Positions 9,041 through 18,267 of a stretch of 64,000 bases of DNA are shown here, piece after piece. How positions within the stretch are numbered: position 1 is the first letter of the stretch; every line of letters begins with the position of its first letter. Under the pieces are notes generated by a model, which made no database searches, was not told the origin of the DNA, and saw only the letters and a program-made list of their open reading frames with translations. Source of the stretch: a virus. Its lineage: Duplodnaviria; Caudoviricetes. Location of the stretch: positions 1 through 64,000 of IMG/VR virus record IMGVR_UViG_3300037418_002577; one strand, written 5' to 3'. Made by a program: the position numbers and the translations under genes.

Positions 9041-9678
9041 AGGCTCACTGGAAGTATCTCGTCTATCTGATGCGTCACAAATGGTTCGTTCTGCTGGCGT
9101 GCCGCAAGCTCCGCGTGCCTCTTTGGCGAGCCGTGGTGCACGACTGGTCGAAGTTCCTGCCGTCCGAGTGGTTTCCCTACGTCAGATTCTTCAACGGACT
9201 GCCTCAGGTTGGGGACGTGGTGCGGGTCGATTGCATTGATGGGTTTGGCGGTCACGCGGAGATCATCGACACTCGCAACGACAAACTGAGCCGGTACAAG
9301 GTGCGATTTTGGCATGAATGGGAATCTTATCACCAAGAGTTTTGGGCGCACGACTTCGAGGTGGAAGGACTTGACGAAGCGAAGGCGGCGTTCGACGTCG
9401 CTTGGCTCAAGCATCAGAACCGGCAACCGCACCACTGGCAGTATTGGCTGCTGACGCTTGATGACGGCGGCACGCACCGGCTTCAAATGCCCGAGGTCTT
9501 CGTGCGTGAGATGGTGGCCGACTGGATGGGCGCAGGCCGGGCTCTCGGATTCCCCGACACTAAGGGGTGGTACGAGCGGAACCGCGACAACATTCAATTG
9601 CACGACCGAACCCGGCAGCAAGTTGAAAACCTGTTGCAGATGACATCGTGGGAAGAGAGCGTGCCGAATGAAGGCTGA
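9037..9678 (+). CDS. HD-type phosphohydrolase (DUF5662-like) with internal insertion
   Basis: RHKWFV...VHDWSKF...HQNRQPHHWQYW...EMVADWMGAG. Confidence 0.7.
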   Translation: MKAHWKYLVYLMRHKWFVLLACRKLRVPLWRAVVHDWSKFLPSEWFPYVRFFNGLPQVGDVVRVDCIDGFGGHAEIIDTRNDKLSRYKVRFWHEWESYHQEFWAHDFEVEGLDEAKAAFDVAWLKHQNRQPHHWQYWLLTLDDGGTHRLQMPEVFVREMVADWMGAGRALGFPDTKGWYERNRDNIQLHDRTRQQVENLLQMTSWEESVPNEG

Positions 9679-10099
9679 CATCCCTGAAGGCTGGACGGAC
9701 AAGCCAACGGAGCCGGGCTGGTATCTGTGGCGCGAGAGTATTCAGGTTCAACGCCCAGACCTAATGGAAGTGAAGCAGGGTAATGGCGGATTCCATTTCC
9801 ATTACTGTGGACGATGGCGAGCTTCCTGGGATTTTCCCGGCGGCATCTGGCAAGGCCCGCTCAAGCCCCAAGAGCCAGGCACCGTCACAATCACCGCTGC
9901 CGAGCACGAGGAGCTGAAGCGGTGCAAGCGGGCGTGGGGTGCAATTGTTCGTCACGCGATGGCTCCCCTTAAGGGTCTCGGTGGCAAGTGGGTAGTTCTG
10001 GGGCCGGATGGATTCTTCGGACTCACCCCTTGCGACGATCCCGTGTCGGCAACGCTCATGGCCGCTGAGCACCTGGAAGCGAAAGACGAGAATAAGTGA
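9668..10099 (+). CDS. Hypothetical protein
   Basis: KPTEPGWYLWR phage motif; coupled ORF. Confidence 0.6.
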   Translation: MKADIPEGWTDKPTEPGWYLWRESIQVQRPDLMEVKQGNGGFHFHYCGRWRASWDFPGGIWQGPLKPQEPGTVTITAAEHEELKRCKRAWGAIVRHAMAPLKGLGGKWVVLGPDGFFGLTPCDDPVSATLMAAEHLEAKDENK

Positions 10100-10335
10100 A
10101 GCATCACTGCCCAAGCTACTGCCACAGATGCCCGGACATGGGCGGCGACATAATGCCAGGATGCATGGGAGTAGCAGTTTCAAACCGAATGGACCGCTGC
10201 ACATGCCAGCGGCCAACGCGCAGAGACAAGGCGGCCAATCAATCTGATGACGATGTTGCTAACCAACTTGAGGCTCTTGAACAAGCGGCGTCGAAGCTGA
10301 GGCAACTCCTGGAAGCGAAAGAGAGCAAGCCATGA
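10096..10335 (+). CDS. Small Cys-rich hypothetical protein
   Basis: GTGA overlap; CxxxCxxC...C...CxC. Confidence 0.5.
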   Translation: MKHHCPSYCHRCPDMGGDIMPGCMGVAVSNRMDRCTCQRPTRRDKAANQSDDDVANQLEALEQAASKLRQLLEAKESKP

Positions 10336-10808
10336 GCGACAAAATCCACACCGGCATCTACAGCAACGCGAGCACATGCTCCGCCGCACCGAACCTAAAC
10401 GACATCATGCGGCTGATGAAATCTATGCCGCCACCGCCCGACAAGACGGAGTTCGTGATGCACCCGAACAACGCGAAGTTGTTCCCGGCCGCAAAGTCGC
10501 CAGCGGCATTTGCGAGCCCGCTTTACGGAATCCCGGTGCACTTCGACAAAGCAATCCCCGAGCGAAAACTCCGCACCAAATGGCATCCGCCAAAGGGAAG
10601 CCGGTTCGTCGAGTACGGTCCTGAAGATGAGCCGTGGATGCGTCCGCTGGGGCTGGGATCAGTCGAGACGGTGGACGACGGGCCGTTGATCGTGGAAGTC
10701 AATAGGTCCGCGATGGAGCGAATGGAGCGATCGCTTGAGTATTTGGACTTCAGAAATACCCGCATGATTTGCGATGCGTTTGGAACAACGAAAGAGAGCG
10801 TGAAATGA
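10332..10808 (+). CDS. Hypothetical protein
   Basis: ATGA overlap, junction RBS. Confidence 0.55.
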   Translation: MSDKIHTGIYSNASTCSAAPNLNDIMRLMKSMPPPPDKTEFVMHPNNAKLFPAAKSPAAFASPLYGIPVHFDKAIPERKLRTKWHPPKGSRFVEYGPEDEPWMRPLGLGSVETVDDGPLIVEVNRSAMERMERSLEYLDFRNTRMICDAFGTTKESVK

Positions 10809-11074
10809 GCGACAAGCCCGAAATCGTCCTGCCCATCATTCATATGAACGGCACCTCGGCGAAAAGTTTGATCGAAGAACGCAATATGGCGTACAACGCC
10901 TTGCAGGAAGCCTACGGATTCTTGAAACACATGGCCCCCAACGGACGCGACTACTACCCGGAGCCGGGCCGCATGGAAAAGGCGACAGCCCAGCATCTTC
11001 GGAGACTGTCGGTGATTCACGACCTGATGAACGAGCTTGAGTTTGAGATCGCGGAAATCGACTCGCCCAAGTGA
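10805..11074 (+). CDS. Hypothetical protein
   Basis: IHMNGTSAKSL...MAPNGRDYYP conserved-looking phage motif. Confidence 0.65.
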   Translation: MSDKPEIVLPIIHMNGTSAKSLIEERNMAYNALQEAYGFLKHMAPNGRDYYPEPGRMEKATAQHLRRLSVIHDLMNELEFEIAEIDSPK

Positions 11075-11364
11075 TCCCCCCGGCAGTTAGCGCCGACCAC
11101 CCCGAAGGATTTGAAAGCATGAACGAACACGAAGAAGCCCCGCTCCTCATCACCCCAACCATGAACGCCGCTGCCGCCATGTCGGCGCTGTTGGCCGTCG
11201 GTGCGGTGAGTCCGCCGAAAGCTCACGAACCCGGCATGCCAAAGCGGGGATTCGGAACCGGGCGATACCGTGAAACCCACAAGCAGCAGCGCTCTACAAT
11301 CGGAGAGCGGCGAGCACAGCGGAGGGCTGAGAGGCAGCGGAAGAAATCGAACCGGAGCCGATAG
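11071..11364 (+). CDS. Hypothetical basic protein (alternative start 11119)
   Basis: Fills operon gap; Arg/Lys-rich tail. Confidence 0.4.
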   Translation: MIPPAVSADHPEGFESMNEHEEAPLLITPTMNAAAAMSALLAVGAVSPPKAHEPGMPKRGFGTGRYRETHKQQRSTIGERRAQRRAERQRKKSNRSR

Positions 11365-11401
11365 TTGATCCCGTTCCCACCCCCTGAGAAGGAAAGAGAA
11401 G

Positions 11402-11635
11402 ATGACCGTCTACCGAATGGAACTGATCCTCGACGAGGATGACTATCGGGATCTTCAAAAGGAATTCTCGCTTCGCCAATCTCGCTGCCGAGACGCAGAT
11501 GGAGTGATGTTGCCTGAGGGAGAATCAAACCTTCCCGGAGCACTGATCGGCGAGATTGTGCGGGGCCTTTGGGATTACCGCGACCTGTTGAATCGAGATC
11601 GTGGAACCGGAGAGAAAGAGAGGGCCGCAGAGTGA
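11402..11635 (+). CDS. Hypothetical protein
   Basis: RBS GAAAGAG; 77 aa. Confidence 0.55.
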   Translation: MTVYRMELILDEDDYRDLQKEFSLRQSRCRDADGVMLPEGESNLPGALIGEIVRGLWDYRDLLNRDRGTGEKERAAE

Positions 11636-12369
11636 CCGAACCAATCACCCCGGAAGCGTTGACGGAACTGGATGTGAAGCGCGAGAGGTGTGCCGGCATC
11701 GATGTCAGTGAATTCTTTAATTCACCATACGGCCGTTCGGCTGCGATCCGTCTCGTGAACACCTACCCCGCCATTCGCTCTTTGATCACCTCGCAGCAAG
11801 AGGAGATCGAACGGCTGAAGAAGCGATCACAGAATCTTAGCTGTGAAGTGAGCGTGCTGGAGGCGTTCCGGAAAGACGACCGAGCAGCGCTTTCGCTAGT
11901 CCCTGAATTGGCTGCCGACACCGAACTCTGGGCGGCAATGAAGCGCGAGCGGGATACGGCAAAAGCCCGTGCCCAGACTGCGGAAGCGGAGATCGCACGC
12001 CTCACAGCAGAGAGCGAGTCCCGTCGCCTCACACTTCTAGAAAAGGCGGAAGAATGCCGCAAGGAATGGACCCGAGCCGAGAACGCCGAAGCGGAGATCG
12101 TGAGGATGAAAAGAGAGGTGGCAATCGAACGGGCGTGGAAGGAAACGTTTCATGGTTTGGCCGACATCACCGTTGAATCGCTTGAAAAGGTGGCTGCCCG
12201 AGCCGAGACCGCCGAAGCGGAAGTTGAGCGGCTGCGGGATGGGATCGAGATCATCAAGGGATTCTCAGAGAGCGATGAGGACGGCTACTACTGGCTTGCC
12301 GAGATCCTCGCACAAGCGAGCAGGCTTCTCAACCCGTCTGAACCCAAGAAAGGAACCACGAGCCAATGA
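11632..12369 (+). CDS. Coiled-coil protein with three RAxxAEAE(I/V)xR(L/M) repeats
   Basis: GTGA overlap; repeats RAQTAEAEIARL, RAENAEAEIVRM, RAETAEAEVERL. Confidence 0.6.
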   Translation: MTEPITPEALTELDVKRERCAGIDVSEFFNSPYGRSAAIRLVNTYPAIRSLITSQQEEIERLKKRSQNLSCEVSVLEAFRKDDRAALSLVPELAADTELWAAMKRERDTAKARAQTAEAEIARLTAESESRRLTLLEKAEECRKEWTRAENAEAEIVRMKREVAIERAWKETFHGLADITVESLEKVAARAETAEAEVERLRDGIEIIKGFSESDEDGYYWLAEILAQASRLLNPSEPKKGTTSQ

Positions 12370-12674
12370 CAACGCAAGCACTCCCGGAATTCATGGTGCG
12401 AGTCAAACTGCCGTCGTCAAGTGCCTACGCCGCGTGCCCGAGCGGAGACGCCGAATACGAAGAGGCGTACAAAAAAGCGATCTTCGACGTCAAGCCGGCT
12501 GGGTTTGAGGTGTCGTGGCCACGGCTGAATGAAAAGTGGCCAGTTGACTCGGAAGGATACACTTGGGTTCGGCTGTTTTGTGCTGATCAATCGTCAGCCA
12601 TTGCTCAGTGGATCGGCAGAGTCGATGAACTGCAAACGCGACTTGAAACTATTAGAAGGGCGGCTGGCCAATGA
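12366..12674 (+). CDS. Hypothetical protein
   Basis: ATGA overlap. Confidence 0.55.
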   Translation: MTTQALPEFMVRVKLPSSSAYAACPSGDAEYEEAYKKAIFDVKPAGFEVSWPRLNEKWPVDSEGYTWVRLFCADQSSAIAQWIGRVDELQTRLETIRRAAGQ

Positions 12675-13579
12675 CCGACAGAATCACCGAGATCGAAGCC
12701 CGCGCGAACGCGGCAACGCCTGGACCGTGGGATGTTGCGGAAATCGACCATAAATCCGGGGATGTATCAGTGACTGCCGGAACCGGCGACGAGGAAGATT
12801 TGATCATCACGATTAACTGCGAGTTTTCAGAAACACTGACAGGGAAGGATGCCGTTGCGCTTGGCTATTTCATCGCCCACACCCGCGAAGACGTGCCCTG
12901 GCTGATCCAGCGTGTCAGGGAGTTGGAAGCGGAACTGAAGGCAGCCCGAGAGAAGTGCTCCGAACTAAACCGCCGCTGCCAGGAAAACGAGTCACACAAA
13001 GTCCAGGAGCGATACCGAGACGAAGTCCGCGATCAATGGCAAGGCCTACTGGACGACGCCAATCGACGTGCACAAGAAGACGAGAAAGAAGTCGAGCGAA
13101 TCCGCACCGAATGCGGAGACCTGGTGCTGCAACGAAACGCCGAAGCCGAATCGCTCCGTCGGCAACTTCGGGAAGCCCGAGACGCCAACCGCGATCTACA
13201 TCGACTGGCGCAGAAAGCAGAATCAACCCGGCTTCTGAAAGCGGAGGAGCATGAACGAAACTCGACGATGGCGCAGTCGCTGAACGGCGCGATGAGCGCG
13301 TCATTAAAGGCAGAGAGGAAACTACTGCGGGCCAACGCGCAAGCCAAAGCCGCGAAATGCGAGTTCGCCGACACCTTCCTCGAAAACGCTGCCCTGAAGG
13401 CCCGGAACAAACTGCTGGAAGAGTTCTGGGCGTGGTGGAAATTAGCTGACCGTTCATCACGGGAATGCGATAGCGACTACGTCGGTGCCTGGCAGCGGTG
13501 GAACGAAGCCCTTGGCGATCCCAGAGCCGCCGAACCCAAACCCCAGGAGCAAGCCCCGACCGCGGCGCCCGGCCAATAA
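12671..13579 (+). CDS. Ead/Ea22-like coiled-coil protein
   Basis: IEARANAATPGPW...FIAHTREDVPWLIQRVRELE motif. Confidence 0.7.
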   Translation: MTDRITEIEARANAATPGPWDVAEIDHKSGDVSVTAGTGDEEDLIITINCEFSETLTGKDAVALGYFIAHTREDVPWLIQRVRELEAELKAAREKCSELNRRCQENESHKVQERYRDEVRDQWQGLLDDANRRAQEDEKEVERIRTECGDLVLQRNAEAESLRRQLREARDANRDLHRLAQKAESTRLLKAEEHERNSTMAQSLNGAMSASLKAERKLLRANAQAKAAKCEFADTFLENAALKARNKLLEEFWAWWKLADRSSRECDSDYVGAWQRWNEALGDPRAAEPKPQEQAPTAAPGQ

Positions 13580-13594
13580 CAGCAGCGTAGCAAC

Positions 13595-13620
13595 AAAAAG
13601 AGCCCCCAAGTCGGGGGCTC
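13595..13620 (-). terminator. Intrinsic terminator between the convergent operons
   Basis: GAGCCCCC-AAGTC-GGGGGCTC with A5 on its left (T5 on minus strand). Confidence 0.8.
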
Positions 13621-13644
13621 GCTGCGTTTCTGGCGGCATCGGTC

Positions 13645-14043
13645 CTAAATCCGCTCGGCGAACTCCGGCCTGTTCAGGATCTGCGCGACCGCGGCCTCGA
13701 AGTGGTCCTGCAGCTTCCGGACGATCAGTTCCTTTTGTCGCTCCCGGAATCGATCCGTCACCGGGTAGGCCACTATCTCGGGAATGTCGTCGCAGTACCT
13801 TTCGCAGATCAGCCGCAGGTCCTCCACATCGTCCGCAACCTCGACGTCGACCTGCGAGGGATCGTAGACCGTGTGGAACTCGATCTCGAGCACGTATTGC
13901 CCGGCCGCGGTTCGATACAGGCGGACGACGTGCCATCGCTTGAGCTTGGGTATGGCGGCTTCTGGCGGCATCACCTCTGACAGCAGTTCCCCGCGGAAAG
14001 CGAGCGGCGGCTGGCCCGACCGGATGAGGCTGTAATCGGTCAT
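13645..14043 (-). CDS. Hypothetical protein
   Basis: RBS AAGGAACCCCCCATG; LAFRGELL...RWHVVRLYRTAAGQYV. Confidence 0.65.
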   Translation of the reverse strand: MTDYSLIRSGQPPLAFRGELLSEVMPPEAAIPKLKRWHVVRLYRTAAGQYVLEIEFHTVYDPSQVDVEVADDVEDLRLICERYCDDIPEIVAYPVTDRFRERQKELIVRKLQDHFEAAVAQILNRPEFAERI

Positions 14044-14108
14044 GGGGGGTTCCTTTGGTTCTCGGTTCGCTGCTGGGTGGTTGGTGTTTGGTGGCATCGG
14101 CAGGTGTT

Positions 14109-14492
14109 CTACGGCGAGGCGTGAGCGGCCGGGCTCTCGCCGCCTGCTTTAGCGATGGCGGCGCGGGCGGACTTCTCCCATGCAGTCCAGTCTTCGATAT
14201 TCACGCCAGCCACACGAGCCAACATACCGACTCCGCCGACAGCAGCCTTCAAAGCCGCAAGCAACTCGTCATGGCAGTTGACGGCGTTGACGATCAGGTT
14301 GGCGTTGGCTTCAGCCTGCTCGCGTGTCGGCTCGTGATGATCATTATGTCTGTCGAGCACTGCAAGAGGCAATTGCCGGGCGGGCCGATCGACTTGGTAG
14401 ATGTGCCACAATCCATTCGTGAAGCCGTCAAGGTTGCCGTGGCGTACTGTGCACTCAACGGCTTCCCACGGGGTCGGCGTGCTCTGCGTCAT
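14109..14492 (-). CDS. Phage TPxPW...ANAxLI family hypothetical protein
   Basis: TPTPWEAV...EANANLIVNAVNCHDELLAAL; RBS GGAG. Confidence 0.7.
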   Translation of the reverse strand: MTQSTPTPWEAVECTVRHGNLDGFTNGLWHIYQVDRPARQLPLAVLDRHNDHHEPTREQAEANANLIVNAVNCHDELLAALKAAVGGVGMLARVAGVNIEDWTAWEKSARAAIAKAGGESPAAHASP

Positions 14493-14528
14493 GTCTCAAG
14501 TCTCCTGTTCAATAGGGCGTGAATTGCG

Positions 14529-14717
14529 CTAATCGACCTGTGGATCGCAGTCGTCGCAGTGTGTTTGGCTGTCGTCGATCTCTGTTCCGCAATACTCGCA
14601 TCGCTTTACCGTGCAGCCTGGGTAACGGGAGTTGACTGCTCGGTGTTGCGACTGGCTCAGTGGGCGGGAGGTTCCGGCATCTCTGGCTGCTTTCTCTTCG
14701 TCGATCCAGTCGCGCAT
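14529..14717 (-). CDS. Small zinc-ribbon protein
   Basis: CEYCG...CDDC; RBS GAGGAG. Confidence 0.55.
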   Translation of the reverse strand: MRDWIDEEKAARDAGTSRPLSQSQHRAVNSRYPGCTVKRCEYCGTEIDDSQTHCDDCDPQVD

Positions 14718-14772
14718 GGTTACTCCTCTGCGGTTTCAAATGGCGTCTGCCGGATGGCAGGAACCGAGGTGG

Positions 14773-15087
14773 CTAGGCTGCCGCCCGGTTGCGTTGAAGA
14801 TCAGCAAGAGCCTCGTCAAATGTGTCGCCGAACCCTGCTGGTGACTCCTGAAGATTGGCGAAGTCGCCATTGACGCAGCACCATGCGTTTCCGTCCTTGA
14901 AGAAGCAAATCGCCTCACCCGGAACGCCAGACCTGACAATCGGAAACTGCCGGAGAAGGCCGCGAACGCGATCGCGTGCCCAACCCCACCCCGTGTGCGC
15001 GCCGGAGACAAATCCAGCCACACATTGTTCGTTGACTGGGCACGTTTCCTCGTTGACGAATCGGGTTAAGGCGTCAAGTAGCGTCAT
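14773..15087 (-). CDS. Hypothetical protein
   Basis: RBS GGAG within 18-bp direct repeat. Confidence 0.55.
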   Translation of the reverse strand: MTLLDALTRFVNEETCPVNEQCVAGFVSGAHTGWGWARDRVRGLLRQFPIVRSGVPGEAICFFKDGNAWCCVNGDFANLQESPAGFGDTFDEALADLQRNRAAA

Positions 15088-15110
15088 TCTGAAATCTCCA
15101 GGGGGTCAGG

Positions 15111-15578
15111 TTAGTGAAACCGAACAACGCCATTTACTTGTGCGGCGAGACGAAATGCACTCAGCCATTGTTCGTACTTCTTGCGAAAGCCCGTGTCATC
15201 CTCTGATTCCGAATTGGGGAGTTTGCCGAGATGCTCCTCGAAATCCGCCGCCAGTTTGGCGCTCGTCTTGGGGCCGATCACTCCATCGCAATCGGTGAAG
15301 TGAATCAGCTCTACGAACGGCTTGCCCTTGAAGGCGTCGGGGCTCTCCCAGACCTGTTCAGCGCAAACACCGAGCATTGTTTCTGACAGCCGGTTTCTCC
15401 ACCAGTTGTAGCCCGAGTAGCTTCCACCCCAGAAGTCGTAAAGACTTGTGGCGAGGTAGTGGCCAGTCTCCAGTCCATCCGCTTGCAGTGGGAAGTCTTG
15501 AGAGTTGACGTACAGATTACTGTCGTCCTCTCGATCTGTTGGGTGCAGGTCGCGGTAAACACTGATGTCGAGTCCCAT
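15111..15578 (-). CDS. Conserved hypothetical phage protein
   Basis: MGLD...GSYSGYNWWR...FVELIHFTDCDGVIG motif; flanked by 18-bp direct repeats. Confidence 0.7.
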   Translation of the reverse strand: MGLDISVYRDLHPTDREDDSNLYVNSQDFPLQADGLETGHYLATSLYDFWGGSYSGYNWWRNRLSETMLGVCAEQVWESPDAFKGKPFVELIHFTDCDGVIGPKTSAKLAADFEEHLGKLPNSESEDDTGFRKKYEQWLSAFRLAAQVNGVVRFH

Positions 15579-15608
15579 ACCAAAGATCTCCAGGGGGTCA
15601 GGTGTCAG

Positions 15609-15806
15609 TTACTTCACGTCAGCCGCTTTGCTGTGCCGCAAGATGCCTTCAGAATCCATCTCCCATTCCTCGGGGTAAAGCAGCGATTGGCATCTCACCC
15701 ATGCCGCCTCTGATTCCCAGCCATGGTCAGAAATCAGGTGATCGTGTAGTTGTGCTGCGTGCGCGAATGAGAGGTTGCAGCCGGAGCATTTGTATTTGTT
15801 GGGCAT
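15609..15806 (-). CDS. Small protein with classical C2H2 zinc finger
   Basis: YKCSGCNLSFAHAAQLHDHLISDH. Confidence 0.6.
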   Translation of the reverse strand: MPNKYKCSGCNLSFAHAAQLHDHLISDHGWESEAAWVRCQSLLYPEEWEMDSEGILRHSKAADVK

Positions 15807-15841
15807 GGTCACGTTCCGCTACAGAGGGGCCACATACAGAT

Positions 15842-16168
15842 TCAGTACGCCTCGCCATACCAACTGCCGTGATCGCAAATCCATTCGACGCGACGATTGC
15901 CGCAGACGCATCGCCTGCTCACTCCGTCCCAGCCAGGGCATTCACCTTCGTCGGGATCGCAGTTTTGTCCGCTGAAGTCAAACCTCTCGCCAGCAGCGGC
16001 TCGCGGAACGATTTCTGTCTTGAATCGCTCGAAGGATTCCTTGTCGTTCTCAAACGCTCCGCGAACACAGCCAGATTGCTCGCCGAACAATTCGACGATC
16101 TCCTCGTCCGTCAGGGGCTCGCCGCTTTCGAGTTTGTTTTCCAGTTCGTACTGCCGGTTATGTGGCAT
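15842..16168 (-). CDS. Hypothetical protein with Cys-rich C-terminus
   Basis: ECPGWDGVSRRCVCGNRRVEW; flanked by 15-bp direct repeats. Confidence 0.65.
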   Translation of the reverse strand: MPHNRQYELENKLESGEPLTDEEIVELFGEQSGCVRGAFENDKESFERFKTEIVPRAAAGERFDFSGQNCDPDEGECPGWDGVSRRCVCGNRRVEWICDHGSWYGEAY

Positions 16169-16206
16169 ATCGTTTCTCGCTTTCTTGTTTCCGCTACAGA
16201 GGGCGA

Positions 16207-16350
16207 TCAATGGGTTTTTCTCTGGACAACCTGGATCTCCGCAACGTCCCCGTCAGCGAGTTGTCGCAGCACGAATTGCAGCCGGTCCAGACTGTAGGCT
16301 CCGTAGTATGCTCGCCGGCCGTCTGACGTGATCCAGAGTTTGTATCGCAT
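16207..16350 (-). CDS. 47-aa hypothetical protein (below ORF-track cutoff)
   Basis: Translated by hand: MRYKLWITSDGRRAYYGAYSLDRLQFVLRQLADGDVAEIQVVQRKTH; fills operon gap. Confidence 0.5.
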   Translation of the reverse strand: MRYKLWITSDGRRAYYGAYSLDRLQFVLRQLADGDVAEIQVVQRKTH

Positions 16351-16452
16351 GTTTGGCTCGCTCAATGGGGCCTGCCCGCACAGCAGGAGAAACCGCTCGC
16401 GCCGATTGTGTGCCGGGTTGCGAGTCCGACGCGGCGCGGGCGGAGGAGAATG

Positions 16453-16755
16453 TCACCCTTCCAGAGATTTGATTTCATCCCTCAACTTGGCCAACCGCGA
16501 CTGGGCATCCGCGAGTTGCTGGCGATTGAGAAACCGGGCATTACCTGGGGCTCTTTCGCTGTCACACCCTTCGCGCCGCCGCTCTCCGGTTCCAACGCAT
16601 TCGTAGATGCGGTAATCGGCGAACTGTGGGTCTCCGCTGCCGCATTTTCGGCGGGCTTCTTCGGCTCCATAAGTGCCCTCGTTCGTCTCGACCAGGATTT
16701 GCATGGCAGAGAGTTCGTCCGCTTGTTTCTTGAGGTCAGCGATTTTCGTTGTCAT
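16453..16755 (-). CDS. Hypothetical protein
   Basis: RBS GGAGAATCGAACAATG. Confidence 0.6.
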   Translation of the reverse strand: MTTKIADLKKQADELSAMQILVETNEGTYGAEEARRKCGSGDPQFADYRIYECVGTGERRREGCDSERAPGNARFLNRQQLADAQSRLAKLRDEIKSLEG

Positions 16756-16835
16756 TGTTCGATTCTCCTGTTTTGAGTTTCTGCGGCGGTAGCAACCCGC
16801 CGAATGGGGCCTGCCCGGAGGCAGGAAAGAGGCGA

Positions 16836-17042
16836 TCAGCTAGGCTCAACCAAGCCGTAGCGAGCACGCTCTGTTGCCGTCAGCCGCCTGCCGGACTTTC
16901 GCCAGTAGAATTCAACGCTGCGAGCGGAGCCGTCGTATCTCCGCTCGATTTTGGCACCGCTTGGCGTCTCGGCGTAACTGTACTCGACAATCTGGCCTTG
17001 GTTTTGGGGCGGTGTTTCAAACTGCAGTTCGCGGCTTTTCAT
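16836..17042 (-). CDS. Hypothetical protein
   Basis: RBS GGAGAATTGAAACATG. Confidence 0.55.
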   Translation of the reverse strand: MKSRELQFETPPQNQGQIVEYSYAETPSGAKIERRYDGSARSVEFYWRKSGRRLTATERARYGLVEPS

Positions 17043-17087
17043 GTTTCAATTCTCCGTCTAGGGTGAGTAGCAGGAAAGGGGCGGCTA

Positions 17088-17621
17088 TTAGGACCGATAC
17101 GGTCGCAGTGTACTCGCTCGTTGCGTCGTGGAGACCATGCTTTGCATCCAGCGGACAGTGATCTTGTCGCCGTCGATCTCCTCGACATATCCGTGGTCGT
17201 AATCCTCTGGGTTGTTGCCGCCTTCGACATGATCTCCGATGGTGAATTCCGGGTCCGCAGTCACCTCGGACACGATCAGCCGGCAAGTCGTCGGGCACTC
17301 GAACCGGGCCTTGGCTTCGACCATCGCGGATTCTGGGTCGTGAGCCTCGACGGTCCCGGCCCAATCCTCTCGGCCACTGGCTCGGTTCTCTGCGAGGGTG
17401 ACGTCGTAGGTTTTCTTGTCGGATGCCCAGCGGTCAGCCGCTCCACCGTCGATTCCGTCGTACTTCCAGGCGTACCAAATTTCATGGGCCAGTCTTCCCT
17501 TCGCTCCAAATTCTCCACGCTGGGCTTTGTCGCGCGCCTCATCAATGCTGATCCCATTAGCAGTCGCCATCTGGTCGATGAATTCGCAAACGCTGCCAAT
17601 TACGTCATGTACGGTCGTCAT
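17088..17621 (-). CDS. Hypothetical protein, SH3-like C-terminus
   Basis: RBS GGAGAATCGAAACATG; FTIGDHVE...GYVEEIDGDKITVRW. Confidence 0.6.
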   Translation of the reverse strand: MTTVHDVIGSVCEFIDQMATANGISIDEARDKAQRGEFGAKGRLAHEIWYAWKYDGIDGGAADRWASDKKTYDVTLAENRASGREDWAGTVEAHDPESAMVEAKARFECPTTCRLIVSEVTADPEFTIGDHVEGGNNPEDYDHGYVEEIDGDKITVRWMQSMVSTTQRASTLRPYRS

Positions 17622-17727
17622 GTTTCGATTCTCCAAGTTAAGCCAAAGCCAGGAGCAACCCGGCAGGTCAGTCAGATCCCCACTACACCGGGGGACGGTT
17701 CACGCGGACGGGGGTTAGGTTGGGCAA

Positions 17728-18156
17728 TCACGCCGGCCGTGATCCGGACTCAAACTCAGCCGCAAAGGAAGCGTAAAACGTCGCCGTGACCTTTTCGATG
17801 GCCGACATAATGCGGCGGTAGTCGGCGTCTGTCGCCAATCCGAATCGGGACGCGCCGGCTGGTGGCACGCACTCCGCGCCGCTCTCGTCTCTCCACGACC
17901 AGAGAGAATCCGCCACCTCGTCAACCGAGCCGCGAAAGTCGGCAGGAACGAGCCGCTTGTCGAGGACGCGAAAAAAGAACGCTTTGTCCGACTCCAGGGA
18001 GCCGAGACGGTAAGGCACGGCCACAACGTCGAACCCTGCAAACCAGACGTAGGCCCCTTTGCCCTGTGAGTCGAATTCGTACCTTGACGGGCCGCACGAG
18101 AAGATGTCTGAAACACACGGAAAACTGCGGTAGCTGACGATCTCGGAAGTGTTCAT
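17728..18156 (-). CDS. Hypothetical protein
   Basis: RBS GGGAGA; operon context. Confidence 0.5.
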   Translation of the reverse strand: MNTSEIVSYRSFPCVSDIFSCGPSRYEFDSQGKGAYVWFAGFDVVAVPYRLGSLESDKAFFFRVLDKRLVPADFRGSVDEVADSLWSWRDESGAECVPPAGASRFGLATDADYRRIMSAIEKVTATFYASFAAEFESGSRPA

Positions 18157-18267
18157 GTTCATTCTCCCTTGGTCTTCGATTTCCCGACAGATCAGCGTCG
18201 GCCTGATTCGACAGCAAGCGATTCCGCGCCCCGGTCGCTCGGGGCGCGGTGTCACGCGCTGGCAGCA

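Noticed and set aside
5817-9678. Z-genome (2-aminoadenine) pathway
   Set aside because: MazG-like and HD genes are present but no PurZ or dedicated polymerase is visible
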